NCBI RefSeq assembly: GCF_004010195.1 | Contig: NC_057719.1 | Span: forward strand, 11,442,675-11,477,671 | Source of the DNA: Chiloscyllium plagiosum | Taxonomy: Eukaryota | Length of the DNA: 34,997 nt | Reading direction: 5' to 3' | Part shown: positions 9,901 through 22,261 of the stretch, one piece after another | Layout of the letters: each line of letters begins with the position of its first letter | How positions within the stretch are numbered: position 1 is the stretch's first letter | Translations under genes and position numbers: made by a program | Notes under the pieces: model-generated | The model's input: only the letters and a program-made list of their open reading frames with translations | The model's database searches: none | Told to the model about the DNA's origin: nothing

Positions 9901-11289
9901 CTAGATTTTGCCAGGGTTGGAGGATTTGAGCTATAGAGAGAGGTTGCATAGGCTGGGGCTGTTTTCCCTGGAGCATCGGAGACAAAGGGGTGACTTCATA
10001 GAGGTTTATAAAATCACGAGGGGCTTGAATAGGATAAATAGACAAAATATTTTCCCTGGGGTGGAGGAGTTGAGAATTCAAGAGTATAGATTTAAGGTGA
10101 GAGGGGAAATTTATAAAAGGGACTTAAGGGGCAACATTTTCACACGCAGGGTGGTGCGCGTATGGAATGAGCTGCCAGAGGAAGTGGTGGAGATTAGTAC
10201 AATTGCAATATTTAAAAGGCATTTGGATGGGTAAACTAATAGGAAGGGTTTAGAGAGATATGGGTCAAGTGCTGGCAAATGGGACTAGATTTGGTTGGGA
10301 TATCTGGTCAGCATGGACAAGTTTGACTGAAGGGTCTGTTTTCATGCTGTACATCTCTATGACTCTTCAGCCCTTCATCCTGGCATCATTCTCGTAAGCA
10401 TCCTTAAACACCCTCCAGATCCTCTCCATCTGAACTTAGATTCGCAGCCCAAAACTGCTCACAGTATTCCAAATGCAGTCTGACCACAGCCTTTCGCAGC
10501 ATCAGGAGTATATTTCTGCTCTTGTATTCTAGCCCTCTTGAAATGAATACTAACATTGTATTTGCATTTATAAGTATCACTGTCAATCACGATCAAATGG
10601 TGGAGCAGATTCAGTGAGTCACATTGCCTAATTCAGCTCCTGTATCCTACAGCCCTTTCCATGTTGTCAACACTCTGAGTCTAACATCTCATCAGAAAGG
10701 CATCATTCATTTCCAGCAATGCAGTGTCTCGTACTTAAGTGTCAACCCTGATTTTTGTATCCACTGAGCCCAGAACAACTTGCACAAACTGACCATATTA
10801 CTGAAACTTGGCACATGAGATAGTCACTGCCGCTGAATCAAAATCCTGAAACTCCGTTTGTAATAGCACTATGCCATCTCAAGCAATTAGAGGTGGGCAA
10901 TAAATGCTGGCCTAGTCATTGATGCCCAGATTTATGAAAGAATTTTCAAAAAGAAAGATAGATAATGCAATCAAAATTGGCTTAATGGAGTCACACTGAA
11001 GCGTCAGAAGGATGATTGCCTTACGTACCAGGATCTTTCTGTTGGCATGGATGTCAGTCAACAAAGACTCTCATCCTTTGGTATCTGAAGGCAGTGCTCA
11101 CACATTGGTTGCAAAGTTGAATTACACATCAATTTCAACTTCAGATGAGGTAGCTTCTCAGCAAAAGTTGTGGACTGCAGATGCTGGAGATCAGAGTCGA
11201 GAGTGGGGTGCTAGAAAAGCACAGCAAGTCAGGCAGATCCGAGGAGCAGGAGAATCCAGGTACAGGAAACATTCCGCATTTAGGAGGAT

Positions 11290-13500
11290 TTCTCCACTGA
11301 TTTTAATGGAGGGACAGACTGGAACTTGACCTGGGACGGTTTGGCTCGAGGATTTGAGTCTTGTTGAAGTTATAGTGGAAACCAATTCTTCGAAATGCTT
11401 TTGTGGAAGCATAACACGAGACTTGAAGATTCTCTTCCGAGAGAGCAGAGATGTGTCCTGTAGAAATTACACAAGTGAGGTAGGAGTCATTTCCTTGTTG
11501 AATTTTAACTGTTGGCGTTGATAAGTTGTCCATCAAAACAATATCCACACCATAGGGAAGTTCATTCTTGACAAAATGAAGAATGGTGGCAATGAAGATG
11601 GAGAAAAGGAAGGTGATAACATCTCCCTGCTTGACCCCTGCCTTGACATCAAAGGATTCTATATTAGCATCAGTGAGGATGGTTGCCAATGTCTTGCCAT
11701 TGCTGGAGAAAGAGCATTTTGATGAATTTCACTGGACAGCCAGCCTTTGACATGGTCTTCCATAGCACTTCCCAATTGACTGTGTCAAAAAACCTTAGTT
11801 GATTTAAGGCTATGTAGAATGGTTGGTGTTCTTCCTGGCATTTGTTTTGGATTTGCCCAGCATGGAAAATCATGTCCATAGTTCCATGGTTTTGTCAGAA
11901 GCTACCCTGGCTTTCAGGAAGGATTTCCTCCAAGACTGGGAGAAAGCACCTAGCGAGGATTTAGGCAATGATCTTCCCTGTGATGGAGAGTAGGGGGATT
12001 CCTCAATAGACCCCACTATCCACTTACTCTCTTTTCTTGATTGTAACATTCCTGACAATGTATGGGGTTTCTTCTTTCCCAGATTTACAGGAACAGTTGA
12101 TGGAAATAACAGGTAAGCTCTGCTCCTTCAAGTTTGAAAATTTCTAGTGGAATCTCATTACTGCAGCTTTTCCATTGTTCATGTGTCTAATGGAGGCTTT
12201 TAATTCTCACACCACTAGGTGGGAGTCCAAGATAACCTTTGCTGGGAGTTGGGGAATTTGCTTAAAGATGTGCAATTATAATGTTTAAAAGGCATCTGGA
12301 CGGATATATGAATAGGAAAGGTTTAGAGGGATGTGGGCGAAGTGTTGGCAAATGGGGCTAGATTAATTTAGGATACCTGGTCAGCATGGATGAGTTGTAC
12401 CAAAGGGTCTGTTTCCATGCTGTGCATCTGTATAACTCTTAAAACGTCCTCATCAATGATTTATTGCAGTTCGTTGAAATGTTGTCTCCATTGGAGCCTG
12501 ATGTTTTCTCTGGCTCTCGAAAGGATACCATATTTATTGCACAGCAAGGGTGTTGAGTCCTTCTATTTCTGTACATTGGTGGCACTGAAGAAACCCCAGG
12601 TTTTGTGCTTGTCAGCAAGGAGTTGCAGTTCCTTAGCTTTCTCAGTCCACTGTTGGTTCTTGATTTTCCCTAGTTCTTCTTTGTAACTCTGACTTTGCTG
12701 TTTAATGACTTATCCTCTTTGCCTTGTGGGTGATGTTATTTTGGCCGAAGAGTTTTCTTCTTCATGTGGATGAGGCCTTGGATTAAGTATTCATTCTTAT
12801 CAAACCAGTTCTGGTGTTTCCTGGTCTCGTAGCCAACATTTTATTCACAGAATGAAATGGCAGTCTTCAGCTCTTTTCAAATTTCCTCTACTCCATTAAA
12901 ATAAACTCTTTGGAGATTTGGTGAGAACATGTTGGAAGTTCATTTGTCTGTTTGGTTCTTGAAGCTGTTCAATATAGAGTTTGTTTTCTGAACTGTTTCT
13001 TTGGTTGCATCTGGTGGTATTTGATGGACATTGAGGAGTAGGTAAGCCAGTGGTCTGACCAGTAGTCATTTGCACTTGTCATTTCTTTGGTAATGAGGAC
13101 ATCATTTAGGTCTCAGGATTGAACAATGACCTCATCAATCATGTACCAGTGCTTTGATCATGGATGCCTCTAAGAAGTCTTGGACATGATATTTTGGCAG
13201 AACAGTGTGTTAGTGATGGCCAGCTAGTGTGCTGCATTTTTGGTGAACAGGCGAATCCCAGTGGTGTTGCAATTTCTGACTTCTCCATTTTTGATGGTTC
13301 CATTTCAGAGTTTGGCATTGTTTCCAAACCTGGTGTTGAAGTTTCAGAAGAGGATAATTTTATCTTCCTTAAGGATGTTGGTAAGTGTGGTGACCTCTGC
13401 AACATCAAGAGTTGGACCACACAGGCACTCGCAGCCTGTTGGTTTGTGGCAAGTTGTAGGTAAAGAGTCATGAGGCAATTGTTGAAAATTGTCATTTATA
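11290..13500 (-). mobile_element. Decayed RTE-clade LINE (endonuclease + RT remnants), with a CR1 tail inserted at ~12280-12440
   Basis: QIQNKCQEEHQPFYIA, FDTVNWEVLWK..GCPVKFI and FDVKAGVKQGDV. An endonuclease-like TSxRHPxSKHWYMID remnant lies near 13135-13180. Confidence 0.78.
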
Positions 13501-13544
13501 ATTCAAAATCTGGTAACTAAACACCCTTGCAATTTTTTAATCAT

Positions 13545-14545
13545 CAGGGAGAACCAGCACATAGTCATGACAAGTCATGCCTGACAAACCTCATTGAATT
13601 CTTTGAACAGGTGGCTGATAGTAAACAGAAGAATGTCTGTGGATGATGTTTATATGGACTTCCAGAAGTCATTTGATAAAATCCCACAAAAGAGACTGTT
13701 AACTTATGCACAAGCCCACAGAATTGAGGACAAATTCCTGATAAGGCTGGGAAATTGGTTGAATGGCAGGTAACAGAAAGTAAGGATAATGGCTCGGTGC
13801 CCAAATTGGCAGTATGTGACCAGTCCCACAGGGATCTGTGTTAGGGCCTCAATTATTCATATTATTTATGAATAGCATGGATATTGCATAGAAAGTCATA
13901 TATTCAAATTTGCTGATTATACACCGTGCAGATGATAGAATTAAATTACAAAAGGACCGACTAAGTGAATGGGCAAAACTGTGGCAGATGGAGGTCACTG
14001 TCAGCAAGTGTCAGGTTATCCATTTTGGACTGAAAAAGGATAGATCAGAATACTTTCTAGATGGTATGCATACCATGCCCAGAGAGATTTGGGGGTTCAG
14101 ATGCATAGATCTTTAAAATGTCACAAAAGGTGCAAAAACTAACAAGAAAGCTAATGGAATGCTGGCCTTGATATCTAGAGGACTGCAGTACAAGGATGTA
14201 GGAGTTATGTTGCAGTTGTACAAAACCCTGGTTAGACCCCACTTGAAGTACGAAAACAAATTTGGGAACCAAACCTTAGGAAGGATATATTGGTCTTGGA
14301 GGGACCAAGTTTTTAAGGTTTACAAAAATGCTACCTGGACTTCAGGGTCCAACTTATGAGGACAAATTACACAAATTAGGTCTGTTTTCTAGAATTTAGA
14401 AGGATAAAGAGTGATCTGGTCGAAGTCTTCAAGACTAACCTGAAAAGGCAGGGTTGATAAAAATAAACTACTTCTGCTGGCTGCGGTTCTAGTGCAGAGA
14501 ACTAGGGCCATACCATTCAGGAGAGATGTTAGGAAGCACTTCTGG
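13545..14545 (+). mobile_element. Old CR1 LINE RT remnant
   Basis: KSCLTNLIEFF-encoding segment, LSEWAKLWQME and LQLYKTLVRPHL. Confidence 0.8.
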
Positions 14546-16642
14546 AGTCATAGAATCATAGCGCTGTACATGATGGAAACAGATCCTTTGCTCCAGCTTG
14601 CCCTTGCCAATCAGATATCCCAAGTTAATCTAGTCCCATTTGCCAGCATTTGACCCATACCCTTCTAAATCCTTCCTATACATATACCCATCCAGATGCC
14701 TATTTAAGTGTTATAATTGTACCTGCCTCCACCACTTGCTCTGGCAGGTCATTCCATATACACACACACACATCCCTCTACACGAATAAATTGCCCTTAG
14801 GTCTCTTTTAAATCTTTCCCCTCTCACATTAAACCTGTGCCCCCTTATTTTTAGACTTCCCTACCTTGGGGAAAAGACCTTGGCTATTCATCCTATCTAT
14901 GGCCCTCAACATTTTATGAACTTCTATAAGGTCACCCCTTATACTCCAACACTCCAGAGAAAATACCCCCAGCCTCTTCAGCCTTTTCTTATAGCTCAAA
15001 CCCTCCAACCCTGGCAACATCCTTGTGAATCTTTGTTGAATCTTCTCCAGTTTCACAACATCCATCCGATAGCAGGGAGACCAGAATTGCGTGCACTATT
15101 CTAAAAGTGGCTTAACCAATGTTGTGTACAACCGCAACGGACATCTGAACTCCTATACTCAGTGCATTGACCAATAAAGGCAAGCATACCTAACACCTTC
15201 CTCAGTATTCTATTTACCTGCGACTCTACTTTAAAAGAACTATGAACCTGCACCCCAAGGTCTACTTTTTCAGCAAACAAAGGACCTTACCATTAAATGT
15301 ATGTGTCCTGCCCTGATTTGCCTTTCCAAAATTTAACACCTCACATTTATATAAATTAAACTCCATCTGTTTCTCATTGGCCAATTTGGTCAAGGTCCCA
15401 ATGTACTTTGAGGTAAGGGTATTCTTCTTTGCTGTTTACTACACCACCAATTTTGGTGTCATCTGCAAACTTACTAATCATCCCTCCTATATTCACTTTC
15501 AAATCATTTTTATTAATGACAAAAAGCAGTGAACCTAGCACCGATCCTTGTGGCACACTACTAGTCACAGGCCTCCAGTCTGAAAAGCAACCCTCCACCG
15601 CCATCCTCTTCTACCTTCAACACAGTTCTGTATCGAAATGGCTAGTTCTACCTGTATTCCATGTGATCTAATCTTGTTCACTAGTCTACCATGAGGAACC
15701 TTGTTGAATGACTTACCGAAGTCCATATAGATCATGTCCACTACTCTGCCTTCATCAGTCCCGTTCATTACTTCTTCAAAAAAACTCAATTAAGTTTGTG
15801 ATGTCGTCCTGCTGCCTCCTCAGTCGAAGCAAAACACTTCGAGACACTATATAGTTTTACCTCCTTCATCTTTATTCCTGGCCCTGGCGGGGGAGAGAAC
15901 GATTACCCATGTGCACAGAGACATGAGTTCACTGTCTTCTCTGGAATAACAGAATTCTTAATGAATTATATAGTCCATTTTACAGGGAGGAGCATCCAGA
16001 TAGGACAACATACATATTGATTAGGTGACTGTTACAATCAGCGAGCTTCAACAGTAAAGATTAAGCCATCTGCTGTTACACAGTGAATGTTCTAAAACTT
16101 AACTGGCTTCACATAATGAATACTTTTCACCTTGTTAATCCATTACCCTTGTCTCCAGCACCCCATTGTTAACTGCACGTTCTTACCTGATCTGAGTCAT
16201 GCTCAGCTGAACCTCTTGTTTCACAAAACTCAGCACTTAACTCTTTCCCTACCTGCTCATACCTTATACACTTTCTCATTCCCTCCTTTTATCATTTCAT
16301 GATAACCACCAAGATGGAATTACCAGCTTTCATAAGACTCTGACAGCCAGTATTTAAGCAAGTTATTGCCACAGAGCATACAATGATTATAACAATAAAA
16401 ATTACTAATCCGTTACAGTAAATAGAGTTTGAAGAATCCTTCCATGTGAAAAAAAAATTCACTTGTAAAGTTCTTAAATCCACAGTCCTTAGTGACCACT
16501 CCATTCTCTCCAACTGGAGTGGAAAGAGGCCAGTTCTCCAAAATCTCCTTTAGCAAAGTCCAAACTGAAAACAAAATTCAGTCTTTTCTTCTACATCACT
16601 CCACACGGATATCTGAATTCTTGGATAAGGACAGGTAAATGC

Positions 16643-16962
16643 TTCACAAAACTGGCGAGACTTCCATCCTTGCAGAGACGCTTCAAATGGAGGATACCAC
16701 CGCATCTGAGTGTGTAGTGCAGCTGCTCCAACTGAAGGCTAGGTGAATGCAGCATTCTTTGCTGCTTCTGCTCCCACTCTGCTGTTAAATGTAACAAAGC
16801 AAACTGGCTGTTTTGATGTTAACTTGATCAGTGAACCATCATATCCCTTAAATGATCGAAAGACAAGGTAAAGCTCATGTGGTTTAATGTCCATAGGGCA
16901 CTGACAAAATGTGTACTGACCTCCTCTTCACTGTTGTTAGCTTCTTCACTTTTTGTGCTCAT
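16643..16962 (-). pseudogene. RBPMS2: Processed, internally deleted RBPMS2-like retrocopy in LTR element A (frameshift and stop)
   Basis: [21 protein letters not shown] /frameshift/ [83 protein letters not shown]. This includes the diagnostic RBPMS-family C-terminus. Confidence 0.9.
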
Positions 16963-18019
16963 GACTGGGGAGCTGATTGGATCAGGCTGTGGAGGGGTGC
17001 GTGGTGGTCCGAAGGCATGCATTACCTGTGAATGGAGAAACTTTAGGGACGATGTTAGCTGCTGAAAGTATCTTTGCATTTTCTGTCTCAAGCATGACCA
17101 CTGACCCAATTTTTTTAAAAAATAGGTATTGTAGAATTTCAAACAAATTAGGGGCTCAAGGCACTCAATCAATTTGTTTTAAGTTATAAGTTTGATCATT
17201 TTAAAAAGGACATGATGTTGTATAATTTCAATGTAAAAACAAAATCTGCCCCATTACATAGCCCACAAAACGCATTCAGTTGAGATCCTGATTCAAACAA
17301 CACAAAGCAGTTACCTAAAATGGATTTTCTGAACCAGTATTTTAACAAACCAACATGTTTAAACATCAAACACTCTCAGCATGGCACAATTTACATTGAA
17401 ACTTTCCTTTTACACCACAAGTATTAGTACAACCTTAATTTCAGCGTTGCATGTTTTTTTCTATCCTCTCACTGAAATTACACTTATAAAAAGAGAAAGC
17501 CCTCACAGCGAACCACAAGGTGCCGCAATCCAAGCCACTCTCTTCACCCAGAACAAAGACACACAGAGCCTCAAATTTCGCCACTAGTGGACTTTAACTC
17601 CTTTCTCACTTTACTCCTCACGGAGGCTTAAGCCCAATTAAATACAAAACTCAAACCCCACTTAAACACAGAATTCGAGCACCAATTAAACACAGAACCC
17701 AAGCCTCAAATAAACACACACAACTCGAATCTTAATTAAACACAGAGCTCGAACCCCAGCACAGCACGGAGGACTCTAACCTCAATTACACTCCCCTCCT
17801 CCCAATGCAGTGCAGAGAACTTGAACCTCTGTTTGTCAGTACGCTTGAGAAGCTGTATCTCTCAAATGAACTAATTGCCGTTCGAGGAATCCGTGGAGTA
17901 GAGTGCGATTGAGCGAGGGGACCAACTCCGGCACACAGGAATATCGAGAGGGACCAAGGTTTAAAATCTTACCTTGTGGGCCCGTCTGCCTCGAGGCACC
18001 GATGTTTCGGGTGGTTTGG

Positions 18020-18037
18020 ATCCTGCCGACTACACCA
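18020..18037 (-). other. Primer-binding site complementary to the tRNA-Ser 3' end (copy A)
   Basis: TGGTGTAGTCGGCAGGAT, 17/18 match to the same tRNA-Ser complement. Confidence 0.85.
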
Positions 18038-18974
18038 GTCATGCTCAGCTGAACCTCTTGTTTCATAAAACTCAGAACTTAACTCTTTTCCTTCCTGCTT
18101 ATTCTCAGTAAGACACTATTCCCTATGCACAAAGTCATATTGACTATCCCTAATCAGTCCTTGTATTTCCGAATAATGTACATCCTGTCCCTCAGTATCG
18201 TCCCGTTTGTTGCAAAGAAAGGTGCCAAAACACTTACCTGTTCCTATTCCAAGAGCATAATGACTGAGACAAGCTCTACCACCTACATGCTGGTCCAAAA
18301 CTAGGGACTTCCAAATCTCTCAATTCTGTTCTCATCACCTCTTGCCGATTACCATCGGGCTTGTATCATATATGTATGGCGGTGAGGGAGTTTTGAATTT
18401 CTCTAGGTTGATTCCTTGTGCGGGACACCTTTTAATGTAAGAATGCTGTTGCACATTAGTAGACACACGGTCGTTGACAGAAGGTGGATCTGGTTTCAGT
18501 GGCAGGCAAAACTCAACAGCCGTTGTCCCCTTCTGCTGGAGTCGTCTTCAACCATATATTGCCACCTTGCTATGGTAGAAAGACTTGAGTGCTCCATTAA
18601 TCCCGAGATTGATGCCGTCATGAGTTCTCAATTCCTGGCAGGATCACACATGACCGTAAGATTGGAGGGGAAAAACCAGAAAAAGCACAATTCAAAACAA
18701 GTCATCAGTGATGATTTAGGCTAAAGATGCCAGTGTGATATCAATGGTTCAGATGACTAATAGATGGAGATTAAATATTTTTGATGGTAAACTGCAGTGT
18801 GCATAAAGGCCTTGGTGAACTTTTTTTTTATTACAACCTTCTCTGGGGCAATTAGAAAATTACAAGCAGCACTGATAGCCCATGAATTCATAATATATAA
18901 AAAAAACTTGCCAGGCTGTTGTTGGGTAAATATGTCATGATTCTGACCTAAGTTTGCAGGAAGAATTACAGAAA

Positions 18975-19290
18975 AATCATAGAATACTTACAGTGCTGAA
19001 AGAAGTCATTCGGCTCATCAAGTCTCCAATGACCTCTGAAGAGCATCCAACTCTAACCCTGTAATCTCGCATTTAGCTTGGCTAATCCACCTGGCCTGCA
19101 TGTCCCTGGAAACTATGGGGCAATTCACAATGGGCACTCCATCTAACCTGTACATCTTTCGACTATAGGAGGAGACCAGAGCAGCCAGTGGAAACCCACA
19201 CAGACATGTGGAGAATGTGCAAACTCCACACAGATAGTTGCCCAAGGATGCAATGAAACCACTGCTAACTGTTGAGCCACTGTGCTGCGT
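18975..19290 (-). mobile_element. HE1-like SINE, diverged
   Basis: cacagtggctcaaca head and tgtggagtttgcacattctcc core. Confidence 0.75.
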
Positions 19291-20612
19291 GTTCATGAAG
19301 AGGCTTTTGAGAATTAGGAGTCTTGATTATCCTGACTATATATGACTATATATTGACCTCATCAATATCTTCCGTAGTGTCTCAAGGTGAATTAGTTTTG
19401 CTGGGATCAGTGCAGTAACCTCTCTTAGTTTGCCACTTCATCGAATCTGTATTCTAAGAAGTCTTCCAAAGCAACCTAATACACCTTTATCATTTTCTAT
19501 ATTGATCTGTAGTGGAGATGTGATCAAGGTGGTGATTAAGAACATAGTTTGTATCTCCCGTTTGGTTTATCTATCACTGCTTTTTCCTAGTGATTTAATG
19601 CAATGTTAATTCTCCAGGCTGGTTTCCATGGAACAGCTGCTATATATACTTCCAAATCAAAAAAATTCCACTTTTACCTTTCAAAGTGCTCTTCAGTTGT
19701 AACTTTCTTTTATGTATATCTCGAAGGCTTTGTTCTCTTTTTTTCATCAAAACAATAATCAGAATACTGTAATAATCTACTGTTAATAAAGTCAGAATCT
19801 TTTCTCCAAAAAAAAGTATTCTTCCACTTTACTGAACAGAACTTGCAGAGGCGAAAGGAACTGTACAGTTTGCAATCCAATCTCAATTTTTCATTTTCTA
19901 TATTCTCGACTACATTCACTGTTTTATGTCCTGTTGTTTTTCCTTTCAACTTTGTACCAAAGGTTTTAATTAGAAGAAATAAATCAGTAAAGCAAGTTAC
20001 TTGAAGCAATCAAACGTTAGTTTGAAAATGTGTCAACAAGACCAAGCTGTAATTTGCATTTTCTCCTTCCCATTCCACTGCAGTTTAGCTAATATTCTTC
20101 TGGTCTTAAAACTCTGGAATTGCTTTCCATTTGTATCTCTAATTTTTTTACCTCCTTCAAACAAAGTAATTGAACCATGGCTGAAAAGCGCTGTCAACTG
20201 TGAATCATAGGTTCAGTATTATTCCTCCGCTTGAGCACAAAAGTCAAGGTTGAATTCCAGCACTGATGAGAGCTGTACATTGCGAAGCGATTACTTTCAA
20301 GCATTCAGATGTTAAGTGGATGTAAAAGATCCCAAAGCACCATTTGAAAGATGAACAGAGTTTTCCCCTGTGTCTTGGTCAATATTTATCACGAAAACAA
20401 AATCGCAAAAACAGATTATCTGTTGATTATCACAATGCTGTCTGTGAAACTTTGCTATACACAACCTTCCCCCCATATTTTCTACATCACAACAATGATT
20501 ACTGAAATAACTCCACAGAAGCAGATCGCGTCACCAAATCACCCATTATTTACAAGTGGAGAGTCCTTGACACTGACCCAGCACCAACAGAACGAACTGG
20601 ATCTCTGACACT

Positions 20613-20920
20613 TCTTTTTTTTGTGTGTGTGCAGGTGTGAGACACAGTGAAAGACACAAAGTGCACAAATTTTTATTCAAATTTCTACCACCAGGAAGAA
20701 AAGAAACATCCAAGTGGCCAGTGACAAGCAGTGCCCTTCACATCAAAAGGCAATGCTGCGTGAGACACTTCTGTTCTTTTTTTTTAACTGCTGTTTTATT
20801 TTAGAACCCCCACACTACTGCCTAACTGCGGTAGTGCTTATTTTTTCCCCCAGCACCCATGTGGTGTGTGTGCAGGTGTGAGACACAGTGAGAGACACAA
20901 GGTGCACGAATCTTTTTTTT
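20613..20920 (-). repeat. Poly(A)-tailed ~150-240-bp repeat units (2 copies)
   Basis: gtgtgtgcaggtgtgagacacagtgaaagacac...cagtgcccttcacatcaaa unit, preceded by T-tracts on the plus strand. Confidence 0.8.
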
Positions 20921-21024
20921 TAAGCTCACTGGATGTGGGCAGCTGGTCCAGAGTCAGTCCCCTTCCCCTCTGATACAATCAAGAAGGAGAGTCCTTGCAC
21001 ACACACACTGGTCCAGCTTCCAGA

Positions 21025-22235
21025 GAGCTGAAAAATGTGTTGCTGGAAAAGCACAACAGGTCAGGCAGCATCCAAGGAGCCGGAGAATTGACATTTCAGG
21101 CATAAGCCCTTCAGGAATGAGGAAGGTGTGCCAAGCGGGCTAAGATAAAAGGTAGGGAGGAGGGACTTGGGGGGAGAGGCATTGGGAATGCGATAGGTGG
21201 AAAGAGGTTAAGGTGAGGGTGATAGGCCAGAGAGGGGGTGGGGGCGGAGAGGACAGGAAGAAGATTGCAGATCAAGAAGGTGGTGCTGAATCCGAGGGTT
21301 GGGACTGAGATAAGGTGGGAGGGGAAATGAGGAAGCTGGAGAAATCTGCATTCATCCCTTGTGGTTGGGGGATTCCGAGGCGGAAGTTGTGGCGCTCTTC
21401 CTCCAGGCGTCGTGTTGCCATGGTCTGGCGATGGAGAAGGCCAAGGACCTGTATGTCCTTGGAGGAGTGGGCGGGGGAGTTAAAGTGTTCAGCCACAGGG
21501 CAGTTGGGTTGGTTGGTGCAGGTGTCCCAGAGGTGTTCTCTAAAACATTGTGCAAGTAGGCGGCCTGTCTCCCCAATGTAGAGGAGGCCACATCGGGTGC
21601 AGCGGATGCAGTAAATGGTGTGTGTGGAGGTGCAGGGCAATTTGTGACGGATATGGAAGGATCCCTTGGGGCCTTGGAGGGAAATGAGGGGGGAGGTGTG
21701 GGCGCAAGTTTTGCATTTCTTGCGATGCAGGGGAAGGTGCCGGGAGTGGAGGTTGGGTTGATGGGGGGTGTGGACCTGACGAGGGAGTCGCGGAGGGAGT
21801 GGTCTTTCCGGAATGCTGATAGGGGAGGGGAGGGAAATATATCCTTGGTGGTGGNNNNNNNNNNNNNNNNNNNNNNNNNNNNNNNNNNNNNNNNNNNNNN
21901 NNNNNNNNNNNNNNNNNNNNNNNNNNNNNNNNNNNNNNNNNNNNNNNNNNNNNNNNNNNNNNNNNNNNNNNNNNNNNNNNNNNNNNNNNNNNNNNNNNNN
22001 NNNNNNNNNNNNNNNNNNNNNNNNNNNNNNNNTTGGTCGCCCGAGATAGAAATGGAGAGGTCTAGGAAGGGGAGGGAGGAGTCTGAGATGGTCCAGGTAC
22101 ATTTGAGGTCAGGGTGGAAGGTGTTAGTAAAATGGATGAACTGTTCAACCTCTTCGTGGAAGCACGAGGTAGCGCCGATACAGTCATCGGTGTAGCGGAG
22201 GAAAAGGTGGGGGATGGTACCAGTGTAGCTGCGGA
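21025..22235 (-). mobile_element. Penelope-like retroelement, 5'-truncated (RT C-terminus + GIY-YIG endonuclease)
   Basis: LFLRYTDDCIG and LPFLDL (RT). CKTC..CTSTHTIYCIRCTRCGLLYIGETGR..REH (GIY-YIG). The 3' tail matches the repeat at 1-215. Contains an N gap. Confidence 0.9.
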
Positions 22236-22261
22236 AGATGAGAGACAAGATGCTTGACACT

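Larger units (their letters stand above)
8550..10366 (+). mobile_element. CR1 fragments (3' end 8550-8855; RT C-terminus to 3' end 8915-10366) with nested insertions
   Basis: KFADD-encoding aagtttgcagatgac, LGLFSLEHRRQRGDFIEVYKI, and a ctatgactct tail. Confidence 0.88.
15802..18107 (-). mobile_element. Non-autonomous LTR retroelement, copy A (carries RBPMS2-like cargo)
   Basis: Minus strand: truncated 5' LTR 18107-18038 (TGAGAA...), PBS TGGTGTAGTCGGCAGGAT 18037-18020, internal region, PPT AAAAGGAGGGAA 16290-16279, 3' LTR 16278-15802 (TGAGAAAG...GGACGACA). Flanked by GTGA/GTAA (4-bp TSD, 1 mismatch). It splits a CR1 LINE that rejoins across it. Confidence 0.88.
14546..18195 (-). mobile_element. 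CR1 LINE (14546-15801 and 18108-18195), host of LTR element A
   Basis: VPQGSVLGSLLF, KFADDTKIGG and YMDFGKSFNKVPH. Sequence resumes in register after the insertion. Confidence 0.88.

Noticed and set aside
18016..18037. tRNA-Ser gene
   Set aside because: Only the 3' 18 nt including CCA match, which is a primer-binding site and not a full cloverleaf.
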